NCBI GenBank assembly: GCA_036229005.1
Contig: JAZAMN010000052.1
Span: 288,001 to 352,000 of the forward strand
Reading direction: 5' to 3'
Source: Myxococcota bacterium
GTDB lineage: Bacteria; Myxococcota_A; UBA796; CAJQPC01
DNA length: 64,000 nucleotides
The position numbers were made by a program, and so were the translations under genes. This document shows, one piece after another, positions 54,887 to 64,000 of this stretch; within the stretch, counting starts at the first letter, position 1; every line of letters begins with the position of its first letter. The notes under the pieces were generated by a model. The model was not told the origin of the DNA. It was given only the letters and a program-made list of their open reading frames with translations, and did no database searches.

Positions 54887-56320
54887 TCAGCGATCGGAGC
54901 CCACCGTGTAGATGCGGAGGGTGTTCGTCGTGCCCTTCATCGGGCTGGAGCCGGCGAGGACGATGATCTCCTGACCGGGGTCCAGCAGGCCACGGTCCAG
55001 CAGGGTCTGCTCGCCGATGGCGATCAGCTCGTCGGTGCTCTGGACCACGGGGACGCGCAGGGGGATGACGCCCCAGACCAGCGCGAGGCGGTCGCAGATC
55101 TGGTGCTCGGAGGTCAGCGCGTAGATGGGCCCGCGGGGCCGCGCCTTGGACGCGGTGATGGCGCTGAGGCCGGACCAGGTGAACACGACCAGGGGGCGGG
55201 GGACCTCGTTGGCGGCTTGGCAGGCGGCCCAGGCCACAGTGGCGGCGGGACCAGCGGCGACGGGGAGGTCCTCACGGACGCGGGGGCGCAGGAAGGGGCT
55301 GCGCTCGACCTCGCGGGCGATGGAGTCCATGACCTTGACCGCGCGCACGGGGTACATGCCGGCGGCGGTCTCGCCGGAGAGCATGACGGCGTCGGTGCCG
55401 TCGACGATGGCGTTGGCGACGTCGGTGGCCTCGGCGCGGGTGGGCCGCGGGTTGCGCTCCATGGAGTCGAGCATCTGGGTGGCCGTGATGACCAGGCAGC
55501 CGGCCCGGTTCGCGGCCTGGATCAGCCGCTTCTGGTGGATGGGCACGGTCTCGAGGGGGACCTCCACGCCCAGGTCCCCGCGGGCGACCATGATGCCGTC
55601 CACCGTGGCCAGGATGGACTGGATGTTCTCCAGGGCCTCGGGCTTCTCGATCTTGGCGATGATGGGCACGTTGGGCTGCCCCAGCGCGGCCAGCTCGCGC
55701 TTGAGGTCCAGCACGTCGGCTGCCTCTCGGACAAAGGAGAGCGCCACGTAGTCCACGCCTGCGGCAACCCCGACCGCCAGGTCCGCCTTGTCCTTGGGCA
55801 TCAGCGAGGGCGCGCTGACCTTGACGCCGGGCAGGTTGATGCCCTTGTTGGACTTGAGCTGGCCGCCCTCGTTCATGCGGATGTGGACCTCCTTGGGGGA
55901 GGCGTCCCGCAGGACCTTGTCGACAACACCCGAGAGGGTGCCGTCGGCGAACATGATGAGGTCACCTTCGACCACGTCGTCGGCCATGGCGGTGTAGGTC
56001 GTGCCGCAGCGCTTGCCCTCGCCCATGCGCTCGTCCATCACGACCTCCAGGATGTCTCCGGCGCGCAGCTCCAGCGGCGCCTTCATCTTGGAGGTGCGGA
56101 TCTTGGGGCCCTGCAGGTCCAGCAGCAGCGCGATGTAGCGGCCGCTCTTGAGGGTGGCGCGGCGCACGTGGGCCACGTCCCGGCGGATGGATTCGGCGTC
56201 GCCGTGGGAGCAGTTGATCCGGAACACATCCACGCCGGCGTCGATCAGCGCCTGCAGGGTCTCAGGCTCCCGGCTGGCGGGGCCCAGGGTGGCGACGATC
56301 TTGGTGCGGCGGCGGGACAT
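54887..56320 (-). CDS. pyk: Pyruvate kinase
   Basis: TKIVATLGP, DLQGPKIR, IIAKIEK, MVARGDLGVE, ATQMLDSM, DAVMLSGET. Confidence 0.97.
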   Translation of the reverse strand: MSRRRTKIVATLGPASREPETLQALIDAGVDVFRINCSHGDAESIRRDVAHVRRATLKSGRYIALLLDLQGPKIRTSKMKAPLELRAGDILEVVMDERMGEGKRCGTTYTAMADDVVEGDLIMFADGTLSGVVDKVLRDASPKEVHIRMNEGGQLKSNKGINLPGVKVSAPSLMPKDKADLAVGVAAGVDYVALSFVREAADVLDLKRELAALGQPNVPIIAKIEKPEALENIQSILATVDGIMVARGDLGVEVPLETVPIHQKRLIQAANRAGCLVITATQMLDSMERNPRPTRAEATDVANAIVDGTDAVMLSGETAAGMYPVRAVKVMDSIAREVERSPFLRPRVREDLPVAAGPAATVAWAACQAANEVPRPLVVFTWSGLSAITASKARPRGPIYALTSEHQICDRLALVWGVIPLRVPVVQSTDELIAIGEQTLLDRGLLDPGQEIIVLAGSSPMKGTTNTLRIYTVGSDR

Positions 56321-56404
56321 GGGGACTCCGGATCGGGAGGGGTTGGACCGGACAGAATCTGGTCGGTCACAGGGATAGCGTGTGCGGGAGGAGAGGCGAG
56401 CGAC

Positions 56405-58057
56405 GTGACCCCTGGAGATCTGGCCCTGGACGACCTGCACCGCGTGCTGCGCGGGGCTCTGAGCACCGCGAGCCACCTGCTGACGGCGGGGGAGCGGGTG
56501 ATCGTGCGGCGCCTGCTCGCCCTTGAGGGGCCGCCGGGGCGGCTGTGGGTGCGTCTGGCCGCCAGGCGATCGGCCAGCTTCCGCCAGGACTCCATCTCCC
56601 TGTCCGACGTCCCTGATGTGGAGGAGGCGCTGCTCGAGCTCGCTGAGCACGATCTGGTTCACCGCTCGCTGCCATGGTCGCGCGTGCTCGCGCTCCTGCG
56701 GGTCCCAGAGCTCAAGGCCCTCTGTCGCCAGCGAGGTCACCCTGTGGGCGGCCGCCGAGAGGCTCTGGTGGAGCGCCTGCTGCCGGAGCCCGGGCCGGCC
56801 CCCATCGCCTGCTGGCGGCTCTCGGGGCGCACCCTGGTCCGCCGCCTGGAGCGCGTGTGGTTCCAGAGCGGCTGGCGGGATCGGGGGACCCTGCTCCTGG
56901 AGCGCATCGGTCAGGTCCAGTGGGTGGACTACCCCCTGAGCGCGCCCCAGCGGGCCTTCGAGCGCCGCACACAGTGGCGCGCCTTCGAGGCCAGCCTGCA
57001 CCCGGCCGAGCCGGAAAGGCACCTGCAGGCGCTCCAGCACTCCACCGCCCGGGGGCCCGCGCACCGAGGGCTGGACGCCCGGCGCTACCACGAGCGGCAC
57101 CTGGCGGAGGCCCTTCGCGAGCTGGAGCGGGCGGGTGAGCACGCCGAGGCCGCCCAGGGCTACGCAGCGCTGCTGGCCTGCGAACCCCGTCGACCCGGAG
57201 AGCACGCCCTCCGCCTGGCCCAGTGCCTGGACAAGCTGGAGCGGCCGGCAGAGGGCGCGGCGGTCTGTGTGAAGTGGCGGGCGCGGGCCCGACCAGAGCA
57301 CGCCGCGTCCCTGGAGCGCAGCGGGCGTCGCCTGGCCAAGAAGGCCAAGGGACACTGGCGACCGGCCAGGCCTCTGCTCAAAGCGCCAGAGCGCACGCTA
57401 CAGCTCCCGGCGGGCCCCAAGCAGCGGAGCCGGCCCACGTGGGGAGAGCCGCCGCTGCCGATCGAGCGAGCGGTGCTGCGCCACTGTGGACCTCGCTTGG
57501 GGGAGTTCGCGGAGAATGGTCTGTGGACCACGATCTTTGGCTTGGTGTGCTTCGATCTGTTGTGGCTCCCGATCCCCGGCATGCTCCCGGTCCCAGGGAT
57601 GGATGGCCCCCTGGATCTGGGGACCGCGGCCTTTATGCGGCAGCGGGCGGCGCCTTTCGCGGAGCGGCTGGAGCAGCTTCGGCAGGGGCTGGGGGCGGAG
57701 ATCCTGGCTCGGCACCACGCCCAGTGGGGCGGCGCTCAGGTGCGGGGCGTCCATGCGTTCCCCCTGGAGACGCTGCAGGCGGTCACCGAGGCCTGCGGGC
57801 CTGCGCTCGCGGCCGTCGTGGAGCGCCTGGGCAAGGAGGGGTGGAGCGCGGCGCGGGGGCTGCCGGACCTGGTCTTCCTCCCTGGCGAGCACGGTGTGAT
57901 CCCCGAACTCGTGCCCTCCCGCCTGCCCGAGGGGCTGCTTCTGGTCGAGGTCAAGGGGCCGACCGACGCGCTCCGGGACGCCCAGCGCGTGTGGCACGAC
58001 CGCCTGCTGCGAGCCGGGCTCGCGGTGGAGATCTGGAAGGTGAGCCCGTGCCCCTGA
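56405..58057 (+). CDS. FAN1-like VRR-NUC structure-specific nuclease
   Basis: SAP-like LRVPELKALCRQRG..GGRREALVERL, TPR region, GLPDL...LVEVKGPTD.LRDAQ PD-(D/E)xK motif. Confidence 0.85.
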   Translation: MTPGDLALDDLHRVLRGALSTASHLLTAGERVIVRRLLALEGPPGRLWVRLAARRSASFRQDSISLSDVPDVEEALLELAEHDLVHRSLPWSRVLALLRVPELKALCRQRGHPVGGRREALVERLLPEPGPAPIACWRLSGRTLVRRLERVWFQSGWRDRGTLLLERIGQVQWVDYPLSAPQRAFERRTQWRAFEASLHPAEPERHLQALQHSTARGPAHRGLDARRYHERHLAEALRELERAGEHAEAAQGYAALLACEPRRPGEHALRLAQCLDKLERPAEGAAVCVKWRARARPEHAASLERSGRRLAKKAKGHWRPARPLLKAPERTLQLPAGPKQRSRPTWGEPPLPIERAVLRHCGPRLGEFAENGLWTTIFGLVCFDLLWLPIPGMLPVPGMDGPLDLGTAAFMRQRAAPFAERLEQLRQGLGAEILARHHAQWGGAQVRGVHAFPLETLQAVTEACGPALAAVVERLGKEGWSAARGLPDLVFLPGEHGVIPELVPSRLPEGLLLVEVKGPTDALRDAQRVWHDRLLRAGLAVEIWKVSPCP

Positions 58058-58095
58058 GCTCCCTTGATTGGTGCCCAGCCGCTGTGGCCTGGGGC

Positions 58096-59070
58096 TCAGC
58101 GCGAGATGGTGAACACGCCTTGGTGCGGACCCAGCGTGGCGGGGGGGAACCAGGCGTCCGGGGCGCCGTCGCTCTCGAAGCGCTCGTACCAACCGGAGTG
58201 GGAGCCCGCGTTGACCTTGCCCTGCACATGCACCTCGGCAAAGGGCGTGATGGCGCGGATGAAGCTGCCCTGGGGGCCCAGCGCGCGGACCCGGAGCAGA
58301 TCGGGGAGCGAGACGTCCAGGCTGCTGCCGCGGTGGCTGCTGTGGAGCCCGTCGTGCTCGCTGCTGCCCTTGCCCAGCCAGGACAGGGACTGCTCGGGGG
58401 CGCGCAACACCAGACGCTCGACCTGCTTGGGGTAGAGCCCCGGGCCGATGTCCATGGCGCCCCAGTGGACCTCCATGCCGCGCTCCTGCCCGTCGTCCCA
58501 GGTGTGGACCCCCAGGCGGGCGCTGCCGGGGGTGATGAACTCGCACCAGGTGTGCGGGCGATGGCCCTGCCAGCCCTCCAGGTCCCAGGTCTGGCCGCGG
58601 ACGCTCAGCTCGCCGGCGACCTTGAGGGAGGCCTGGTGGGTGTAGTGGCGCGCGTGCCCGGCGTTCAGGCGGTACATGCGCCGCTCCGCGGGCCACAAGG
58701 GGAGGGGACCCAGTCCGCCGCCCAGGAGCAGGTCGAAGCTGACCTCGCCCAGCTCGCCGCGCACGTGGTTTGGCGCCAGGAAGCCGGGGGGCCCCTCCTG
58801 CCGCATCCCGCGGCGGAACATCCACTGGCTCCAGCGGTAGCGCTCCACCGCGAAGGTCGCCGCGCCGCCGCGCTCCATGGCGAGCACGGACAGCTCGACG
58901 TTGCGCTCTGCCCAGGTCGGCCCTTCCGATGCGATGGCCAGGCGGATCTCCAGGGCGCGGCGCCCCTCGGGGTCGCTGGCGATGAGACCGACGGCCTCGT
59001 AGAAGCGGTCCGGGGCCTTCTCGGTCAGGAGCTCAGGGAAGCGATCGCTGTCAGGGCTGGGAACAAACAT
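58096..59070 (-). CDS. Hypothetical protein (possible tocopherol-cyclase/AttH-like beta-barrel)
   Basis: Beta-rich sequence; GELSVRGQTWDLEGWQGHRPHTW is reminiscent of that fold; weak. Confidence 0.45.
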   Translation of the reverse strand: MFVPSPDSDRFPELLTEKAPDRFYEAVGLIASDPEGRRALEIRLAIASEGPTWAERNVELSVLAMERGGAATFAVERYRWSQWMFRRGMRQEGPPGFLAPNHVRGELGEVSFDLLLGGGLGPLPLWPAERRMYRLNAGHARHYTHQASLKVAGELSVRGQTWDLEGWQGHRPHTWCEFITPGSARLGVHTWDDGQERGMEVHWGAMDIGPGLYPKQVERLVLRAPEQSLSWLGKGSSEHDGLHSSHRGSSLDVSLPDLLRVRALGPQGSFIRAITPFAEVHVQGKVNAGSHSGWYERFESDGAPDAWFPPATLGPHQGVFTISR

Positions 59071-59132
59071 GGCCGCCACGATAGTCCGGTCTGCGTGTCT
59101 TCAGTAGCAGCTTGTATTCAGGAGTCTTCACA

Positions 59133-59654
59133 ATGCGCATCACCTCTGGGACCCATCGGAGCCGTGTCCTCAAGGGAAAGCTCCCCGACGGCGTGCGCCC
59201 CAGCAGCTCCCGCGTGCGGGAGGCCCTCTTCTCCCGTCTGGGCCAGGATCTCACCGGCCGCAGCGTCCTGGACGTGTTCGGCGGCTCGGGGCTTCTGACC
59301 TTCGAGGCCCTCTCCCGGGGCGCCAGCCGGGCCGTGGTCTGTGAGAGCGAACGGGCGGCGCAGCGCTTCATCCGGGAGAACGCTCAGGCCCTGGGCTTCG
59401 GGGATCGCTTCAGCCTGCGCTCCGGCCGCGTCCCCGGTGCGTTGCCGCGCGGGACCTTCGACATCGTGCTGGCGGATCCCCCCTACGACAAGGACCTGGA
59501 GAAGCTGCTCAAGCCCCTGGCCGAGCGCGTTGGCGGTGATTTGGTGCTGGAGCAGCGCAAGGACGTCGAGCCCCCGGAGTTCCCGGGCCTCAGCTTCCAG
59601 GACAGCCGCAACTACGGCAACACCACCCTGATGTTCTACCGCCGGGAGTCTTGA
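59133..59654 (+). CDS. rsmD: 16S rRNA m2G966 methyltransferase RsmD
   Basis: MRITSG, VRPSSSRVREALF, LDVFGGSG, EALSRGA, ADPPY. Confidence 0.92.
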   Translation: MRITSGTHRSRVLKGKLPDGVRPSSSRVREALFSRLGQDLTGRSVLDVFGGSGLLTFEALSRGASRAVVCESERAAQRFIRENAQALGFGDRFSLRSGRVPGALPRGTFDIVLADPPYDKDLEKLLKPLAERVGGDLVLEQRKDVEPPEFPGLSFQDSRNYGNTTLMFYRRES

Positions 59655-59688
59655 GCCCACCGCGCGGGGGCCTGGGGAGAGGAGCGGC

Positions 59689-60114
59689 TCAGCGGCCCTC
59701 CCGGGGATCCGGGCGCACCCCCTGGGCCACAAAGCGCTCGTAGTCCTCCAGGATGCGCGCGTGGTCGAAGACGAGGTGCGGCAGGGCATCCAGCGAGAAG
59801 ACCTTGGCCTCGGCGGCGTCATCGGCGCCCTGGGGCACACCCGTCGCGGTCGCGGTGAACACCACCGACAGGTTGTGCTGCCGCGCGTCGCGGGCCGGGT
59901 CCGAGTAGACGTAGAGCAGGTGCTGCAGCTCGACCTCCAGCCCGGTCTCCTCCAGCGCTTCGCGCACCGCGGCGTCCTCGACCCGCTCCCCTTTGTCCAC
60001 GAAGCCCCCGGGCAGCGCCCAGCCCAGCGGTGGGTTCTTGCGGCGGATCAGGACCACGCCGCCCTCCAGTGCGATGACCACGTCGACCGTGGGGGTGGGG
60101 TTCTCGTAGGGCAT
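59689..60114 (-). CDS. NUDIX hydrolase (ADP-ribose pyrophosphatase-like)
   Basis: Nudix box [37 protein letters not shown]. Confidence 0.92.
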   Translation of the reverse strand: MPYENPTPTVDVVIALEGGVVLIRRKNPPLGWALPGGFVDKGERVEDAAVREALEETGLEVELQHLLYVYSDPARDARQHNLSVVFTATATGVPQGADDAAEAKVFSLDALPHLVFDHARILEDYERFVAQGVRPDPREGR

Positions 60115-60174
60115 GGAGGCCTCCGTTTGCAGCAACCTTCCGGGTGAGTGAGTCTATCGGGGTCTGGAGGCTGG

Positions 60175-61455
60175 ATGTCCCGAGTGTTGATTGGGTGTGG
60201 ACCGAGCGCGATGCTGGCTGCGGCGGCCTTGGAGGACACCCTCTGGCTGGACACCAACCCGCGGGCCTGCGCCCACCCGGAACTGCCGGTCGACCTGGGC
60301 GGCTTCGAGGATCACGACAGCGCCGATGTGGTCGGCACCCTGGCCGGGGCCGCGCCCGAGTGGCCCCATCAGGCCTCCATCCTGGTGCGGGGACGGCGCC
60401 TGCTGCTGCCCTTCCGTCGCCGGGATCTGCCCCTGATGGTCGAGCCCCGCGAGGGCAGCCGCGCCCTCAAGGATTGGGTCAGCGCCCGCATGTCCATCAA
60501 AGCCCGAGAGGTCGTGGGCGGCGGCTTCGAGCAGCGCAGCATCCGGGACTGGGTCGTCTACCGCTACGGCCAGGCCGTCTACGAGCAGCTCTACGGTGGC
60601 TACCTGACCCGCCGCTTCGGCCCGCCCGAGCAGGTCGCCATCGCCACCGCGCAGCACCACAACGGCCGCAAGGCCGGCACCTGGCACAAGCTGGGGCAGA
60701 GCCCCCAGGCGGCCTTCGATTCGCTCAGCGCCCGGATCCAGCGGCAGGAGGGTGACCTCGAAGGGATCGAGATCGCGGATGGGCGGGTGTGCACGGTCCA
60801 CAGCGAAGACGGTGAGCTGTCCGTGGACCGCGTGTTCTGGGCTGGCTCCATCCCCGAGCTCGCGGAGTGGCTGGAGGGCGAGATCCCGGAGATCCTCGCC
60901 ACCGACATGCAGCGCCTCTCTTGCCGCCACCGGGTCGAGGTCTTCCTGCCCATGTCCGGCGCGGAGGCCCTGCCCGAGGTGCTGCACGTCCTGGACGACG
61001 CGCCCTTCTTCCGGGTGATGCCGGTGGACATGGGGGCGGGGCGCCTGGACGGCGTGGCCTGTCACATCGCGGTGGAGCCTGGGGATGCGCTGTGGAGCGC
61101 CGGGGACAGCCGCCTGGTCGAGGACTGCGCGGAGGCGCTGCGCACCCTGGAGCTCGGCAACGCGGAGACCGAGGGCGCCAAGCTGCGGCGCATCGAGCAC
61201 TTCGACCCGCGCTGGGAGCCCGGGGCCTGGTTCCCGACCTTCAACCGGGTGGCCCAAGCCCTGGAGGCCATGGGGATCTCCCTGGTCGGGCGGAGCGCGG
61301 CCTACCGCTGGATGGATCCGGGGCAGACCCTGGTGCACGCCCGGGAGCTGGGGCGCGATCCCAGCCAGTGGCACGAGGCGCTCCGGGTGCTGGTCGACCC
61401 GCCGATCCGCCAGGAGGACGAGGGCACGCCCCTGACGGACTTCATCCGGCGCTGA
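60175..61455 (+). CDS. Divergent FAD-dependent oxidoreductase (HemY/UDP-galactopyranose-mutase-like fold)
   Basis: N-terminal LIGCGPSA, DWVVYRYGQAVYE, C-terminal LVGRSAAYRWMD. Confidence 0.6.
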   Translation: MSRVLIGCGPSAMLAAAALEDTLWLDTNPRACAHPELPVDLGGFEDHDSADVVGTLAGAAPEWPHQASILVRGRRLLLPFRRRDLPLMVEPREGSRALKDWVSARMSIKAREVVGGGFEQRSIRDWVVYRYGQAVYEQLYGGYLTRRFGPPEQVAIATAQHHNGRKAGTWHKLGQSPQAAFDSLSARIQRQEGDLEGIEIADGRVCTVHSEDGELSVDRVFWAGSIPELAEWLEGEIPEILATDMQRLSCRHRVEVFLPMSGAEALPEVLHVLDDAPFFRVMPVDMGAGRLDGVACHIAVEPGDALWSAGDSRLVEDCAEALRTLELGNAETEGAKLRRIEHFDPRWEPGAWFPTFNRVAQALEAMGISLVGRSAAYRWMDPGQTLVHARELGRDPSQWHEALRVLVDPPIRQEDEGTPLTDFIRR

Positions 61456-61493
61456 CCGGGGCTGAGCTGACTGGGGCTGAGCTGACCGGGGCG
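61451..61493. repeat. 15-bp tandem repeat, about 2.8 copies
   Basis: GCTGACCGGGGCTGA GCTGACTGGGGCTGA GCTGACCGGGGCG. Confidence 0.75.
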
Positions 61494-61513
61494 GTGCCGG
61501 GCCGAGCGGGGGC

Positions 61514-61990
61514 TCAGCGGACCAGGTTCGTGCACCACTCGGCGATGAAGTAGTCGGCGGTGTAGCTGCCGGAGTCGTCCTCGAACTCCACCTGGAAGCT
61601 GCCCTCGACCGGCTCGCGCTCGACCACGGGGCCGACCTCGATGGACCCGGTGCGGTCGCGCAGCTCGGTGAAGGCGCCGCCGGCGACGATCAGGGTCTTG
61701 GCGTCCACGGCCGCGTCGCTGCCCTCGGTGGAGAACACGCCCTCGGAGATGTCCGAGGAGTCGAACGCGAACTGCAGGGTCACCATGTCGAAGTCGGTGG
61801 GGGCGGTGGTCTGGTCGTAGGTGCGCCGGGCGAAGTCGACGTCCATGCAGTCCAGATCCTCGTTCGAGAAGAGGATGAAGGGGCCGCCCCAGAAGGCCGT
61901 GGCGACCTCGCCCAGGCTCTCGCCGTTGACGCTGCCGTCGATGATGGTGGGGTCGCCGCCGCAAGCGGTGAGGGCCAAGAGCACGAACAT
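61514..61990 (-). CDS. Hypothetical acidic putative lipoprotein
   Basis: MFVLLALTAC N-terminus after a GGAG RBS; beta-rich body. Confidence 0.7.
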   Translation of the reverse strand: MFVLLALTACGGDPTIIDGSVNGESLGEVATAFWGGPFILFSNEDLDCMDVDFARRTYDQTTAPTDFDMVTLQFAFDSSDISEGVFSTEGSDAAVDAKTLIVAGGAFTELRDRTGSIEVGPVVEREPVEGSFQVEFEDDSGSYTADYFIAEWCTNLVR

Positions 61991-62037
61991 TGGAGGTCTC
62001 CAGATCTGGCCCCAGGATAACCGGCCCAGCGCCGCGG

Positions 62038-62835
62038 TCAGTCCGCCTTGCGCCCCTTTGGCAGGCCCTTGTCCAGGCGGGCCAGAGCGGCGCGCTGCGC
62101 GGGGCCACCCCAGAGCGATGCGAACACGGTGGCCTCGTCTGCGGGAGAGTGCAGTGCGCGCTTGAGGCCCCTCAGGGACTCCGGGGGGTGGGCTGAGTAG
62201 CCCTCGAGCACCGACATCCCCACCTCTTCTGCCTGAGAGGGCCCCGCCAACACCGTATACAGCTCCGGGGTCCCAGCGAGGTCAACCGGAGCCGCGCTGG
62301 CCAGGAGTTGGAGGGCGCGCTGACGGCCCACCAGACCGCGGAGCAGGGCGGCCCCCCCCCAGCCCGGTGAGAGGCCCAGGCGCGCGTGGACGAACTGGAC
62401 CTTGGCATCGCTGGCGATGACGCGGAGATCCGGGGCGCACATCAGCTCGGCCCCGCCCCCGACCGCGGCCCGCTCCACGGCGGCCAGGGAGATCTGGGGG
62501 AGCGCCCGGATGCGGCGGGTCACGTCGGCCATGAAGGCCTGCATCCAGGCGGCGATCTGCGGGCCCTCCGGAGACGCGACGGCCTCACGGACCATGCGGA
62601 GGTCACTGCCGGCGCAGAAGACGCCCTGCGCACCCTTCACGAGCAGCAGCGCCCCAGGCCAGGCCTCGAGCGTGCTCACCGCCCGCTCCAGCTCCAGCAT
62701 CATGCGGGGCGAGAGGGCGTTCCGGGCCTGGGGGTGGTCCAGGGTGAGGACTGCGATGGGCTCGGAGAGGTCGAGGCGCACAGCGCCCGAGCCCCCCAAG
62801 GAGGCCAGGGCGGTGCGCGCGCGCTCCAGGCTCAC
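62038..62835 (-). CDS. Enoyl-CoA hydratase/crotonase family, ethylmalonyl-CoA decarboxylase (ECHDC1)-like
   Basis: RNALSP, FCAGSDL, AVGGGAEL, FVHARLGLSPGWGG, LWGGPA. Confidence 0.85.
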   Translation of the reverse strand: MSLERARTALASLGGSGAVRLDLSEPIAVLTLDHPQARNALSPRMMLELERAVSTLEAWPGALLLVKGAQGVFCAGSDLRMVREAVASPEGPQIAAWMQAFMADVTRRIRALPQISLAAVERAAVGGGAELMCAPDLRVIASDAKVQFVHARLGLSPGWGGAALLRGLVGRQRALQLLASAAPVDLAGTPELYTVLAGPSQAEEVGMSVLEGYSAHPPESLRGLKRALHSPADEATVFASLWGGPAQRAALARLDKGLPKGRKAD

Positions 62836-64000
62836 TCAGTCGCGGCGGCGGAAGGCGACGATCGCCAGGGGCAGGCAGAGCATCCAGAAGAAGCGGGAGG
62901 GGCCCTGCGCAGTGCCGCAGCCACCGGAGCAGCCGCCGGAGTCGTCACAGCCGGTGGCCTCGTAGGGGACGGTGCCCAGGCCAGCGGACATGACCATCCA
63001 GTCGCCCTGGGTGCCGCCAGCGCTGACGTCCAGGCTGGTGAGGCCGATGCCCTCCATCGCGGGGAGGCCGAAGGCCAGATCCTCCAGCATGCCGCCGACC
63101 ACCGTCTCCAGGATGGTGTCGAAGGCGCCGCCGAAGTTCTCCAGGATGGCCTCGTCCGTGCCGGGGACCAGCTCATTGGAGACGACAGCCGGGGTGACCT
63201 GGTCGCTGGAGAGGGGGATGTCGACCACCAGCTCGCCGGTGCTGCCGTCGAAGTTCAGGTTCACGCCGGTGGCGACGTCGAGATCCATGCCCATGACCTT
63301 GGCCATGCGGTCGTCCACGTTGCCGTAGAAGTCCAGGCCCAGGTCCTCGATGTCGATGTTCATGTCGTACTCGCCGTCCAGGCGGGCGACGGGCGGGTTC
63401 ATGGGCCGGGTGGCGATGATCATCGCCTCGGTCTCGGGGAAGAGCTCTTCGAACACGTCGCCCGCGATCAGCGAGAGCAGCGAGGTGTTGATGGGCAGGG
63501 GATCGTTGCCCTGCAGCTTGTAGCAGAGCACCCCGCCGCGCCAGACGGCGTAGGTGAGCTGGTTGATGAAGTCGTCGGCCAGGACCACGCCCATCTCGGT
63601 GCCGGCGGGCAGGTCCGCGAGGCCAGGGGGCGGTCCGGCAGTGCGCAGGGAGCCGCCCAGGCTGTCCACCACGCAGGCGTTCTCGTCAGCGGACACGGCG
63701 CCGTTCATGATGACGCTCATCCCGGCCGGGCGGATCTTGATGTCGGAGGGGTAGAGATCCAGGGTGACCACGGTGCCCTGGACGTCGATCTCCTCGGAGA
63801 TGGTGGCGGAGGAGAAGGCGTCCTCGATGGCGGCCTCGAGCTCCGGGCCCATCTCGGCGATGGCGCTCTCCAGCTCGCCCTCGACCAGGCCGAAGATCAG
63901 CTCGTACATGCTGAGGCCGAGCCAGTTGAGGATGTCCTCCAGGTCGCCGATCCAGCAGTCGAGCTGCAGGTACTCGGTGATGTCCGCGTAGGTGACGAAG
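62836..64000 (-). CDS. Secreted LBP/BPI-like protein with MYXO-CTERM-like sorting tail (5' part outside window)
   Basis: Frame open to window edge; GVVLADDFINQLTYAVWRGG; tail GCSGGCG...FFWMLCLPLAIVAFRRRD. Confidence 0.65.
   Translation of the reverse strand, partial: FVTYADITEYLQLDCWIGDLEDILNWLGLSMYELIFGLVEGELESAIAEMGPELEAAIEDAFSSATISEEIDVQGTVVTLDLYPSDIKIRPAGMSVIMNGAVSADENACVVDSLGGSLRTAGPPPGLADLPAGTEMGVVLADDFINQLTYAVWRGGVLCYKLQGNDPLPINTSLLSLIAGDVFEELFPETEAMIIATRPMNPPVARLDGEYDMNIDIEDLGLDFYGNVDDRMAKVMGMDLDVATGVNLNFDGSTGELVVDIPLSSDQVTPAVVSNELVPGTDEAILENFGGAFDTILETVVGGMLEDLAFGLPAMEGIGLTSLDVSAGGTQGDWMVMSAGLGTVPYEATGCDDSGGCSGGCGTAQGPSRFFWMLCLPLAIVAFRRRD

Noticed and set aside
54887..58057. Apparent long N-terminal extensions of pyk (822-aa ORF) and FAN1-like (984-aa ORF), likewise ORFs 51743-54343 and 19398-20987
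   Set aside because: Extensions are antisense read-through of the divergent neighbour; true starts lie at the conserved domain boundaries
61451..61493. Possible CRISPR array
   Set aside because: Units are 15 bp, contiguous, without spacers; no cas genes

Overview
GC-rich (about 70% by eye), gene-dense bacterial chromosomal segment. It is most consistent with a Myxococcota-type lineage (inference from a MYXO-CTERM-like tail, myxobacterial PilZ-like domains and a Ser/Thr kinase-STAND-TPR protein). Content is mostly core genes: pyrR-pyrB-pyrC', greA, mutY, coaD, glmS, an lgt-yqeY-biotin carboxylase operon, pduO, tRNA-Leu(CAA), purC-S-Q-L-F, efp-epmA, a complete alternative complex III operon (actABCDEF), pyk, a FAN1-like nuclease and rsmD. 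I saw no mobile element, prophage or CRISPR array. Most notable observations: (1) several secreted proteins have ultra-short signal peptides with no basic n-region (lipobox-like Cys at residue 8-10), and the Lgt in the window has substituted catalytic residues; (2) a full-length RecG homologue with eroded ATPase motifs lies directly behind greA; (3) an Hsp70-acidic linker-PilZ-like protein and a PilZ-like/MshEN-like/HPD-less J-like protein flank efp-epmA; (4) ACIII has His-rich tails and apparently swapped membrane anchors; (5) TANNNT boxes recur 6-8 nt before start codons, suggesting leaderless genes. All assignments come from motif recognition by eye; no database searches were run.
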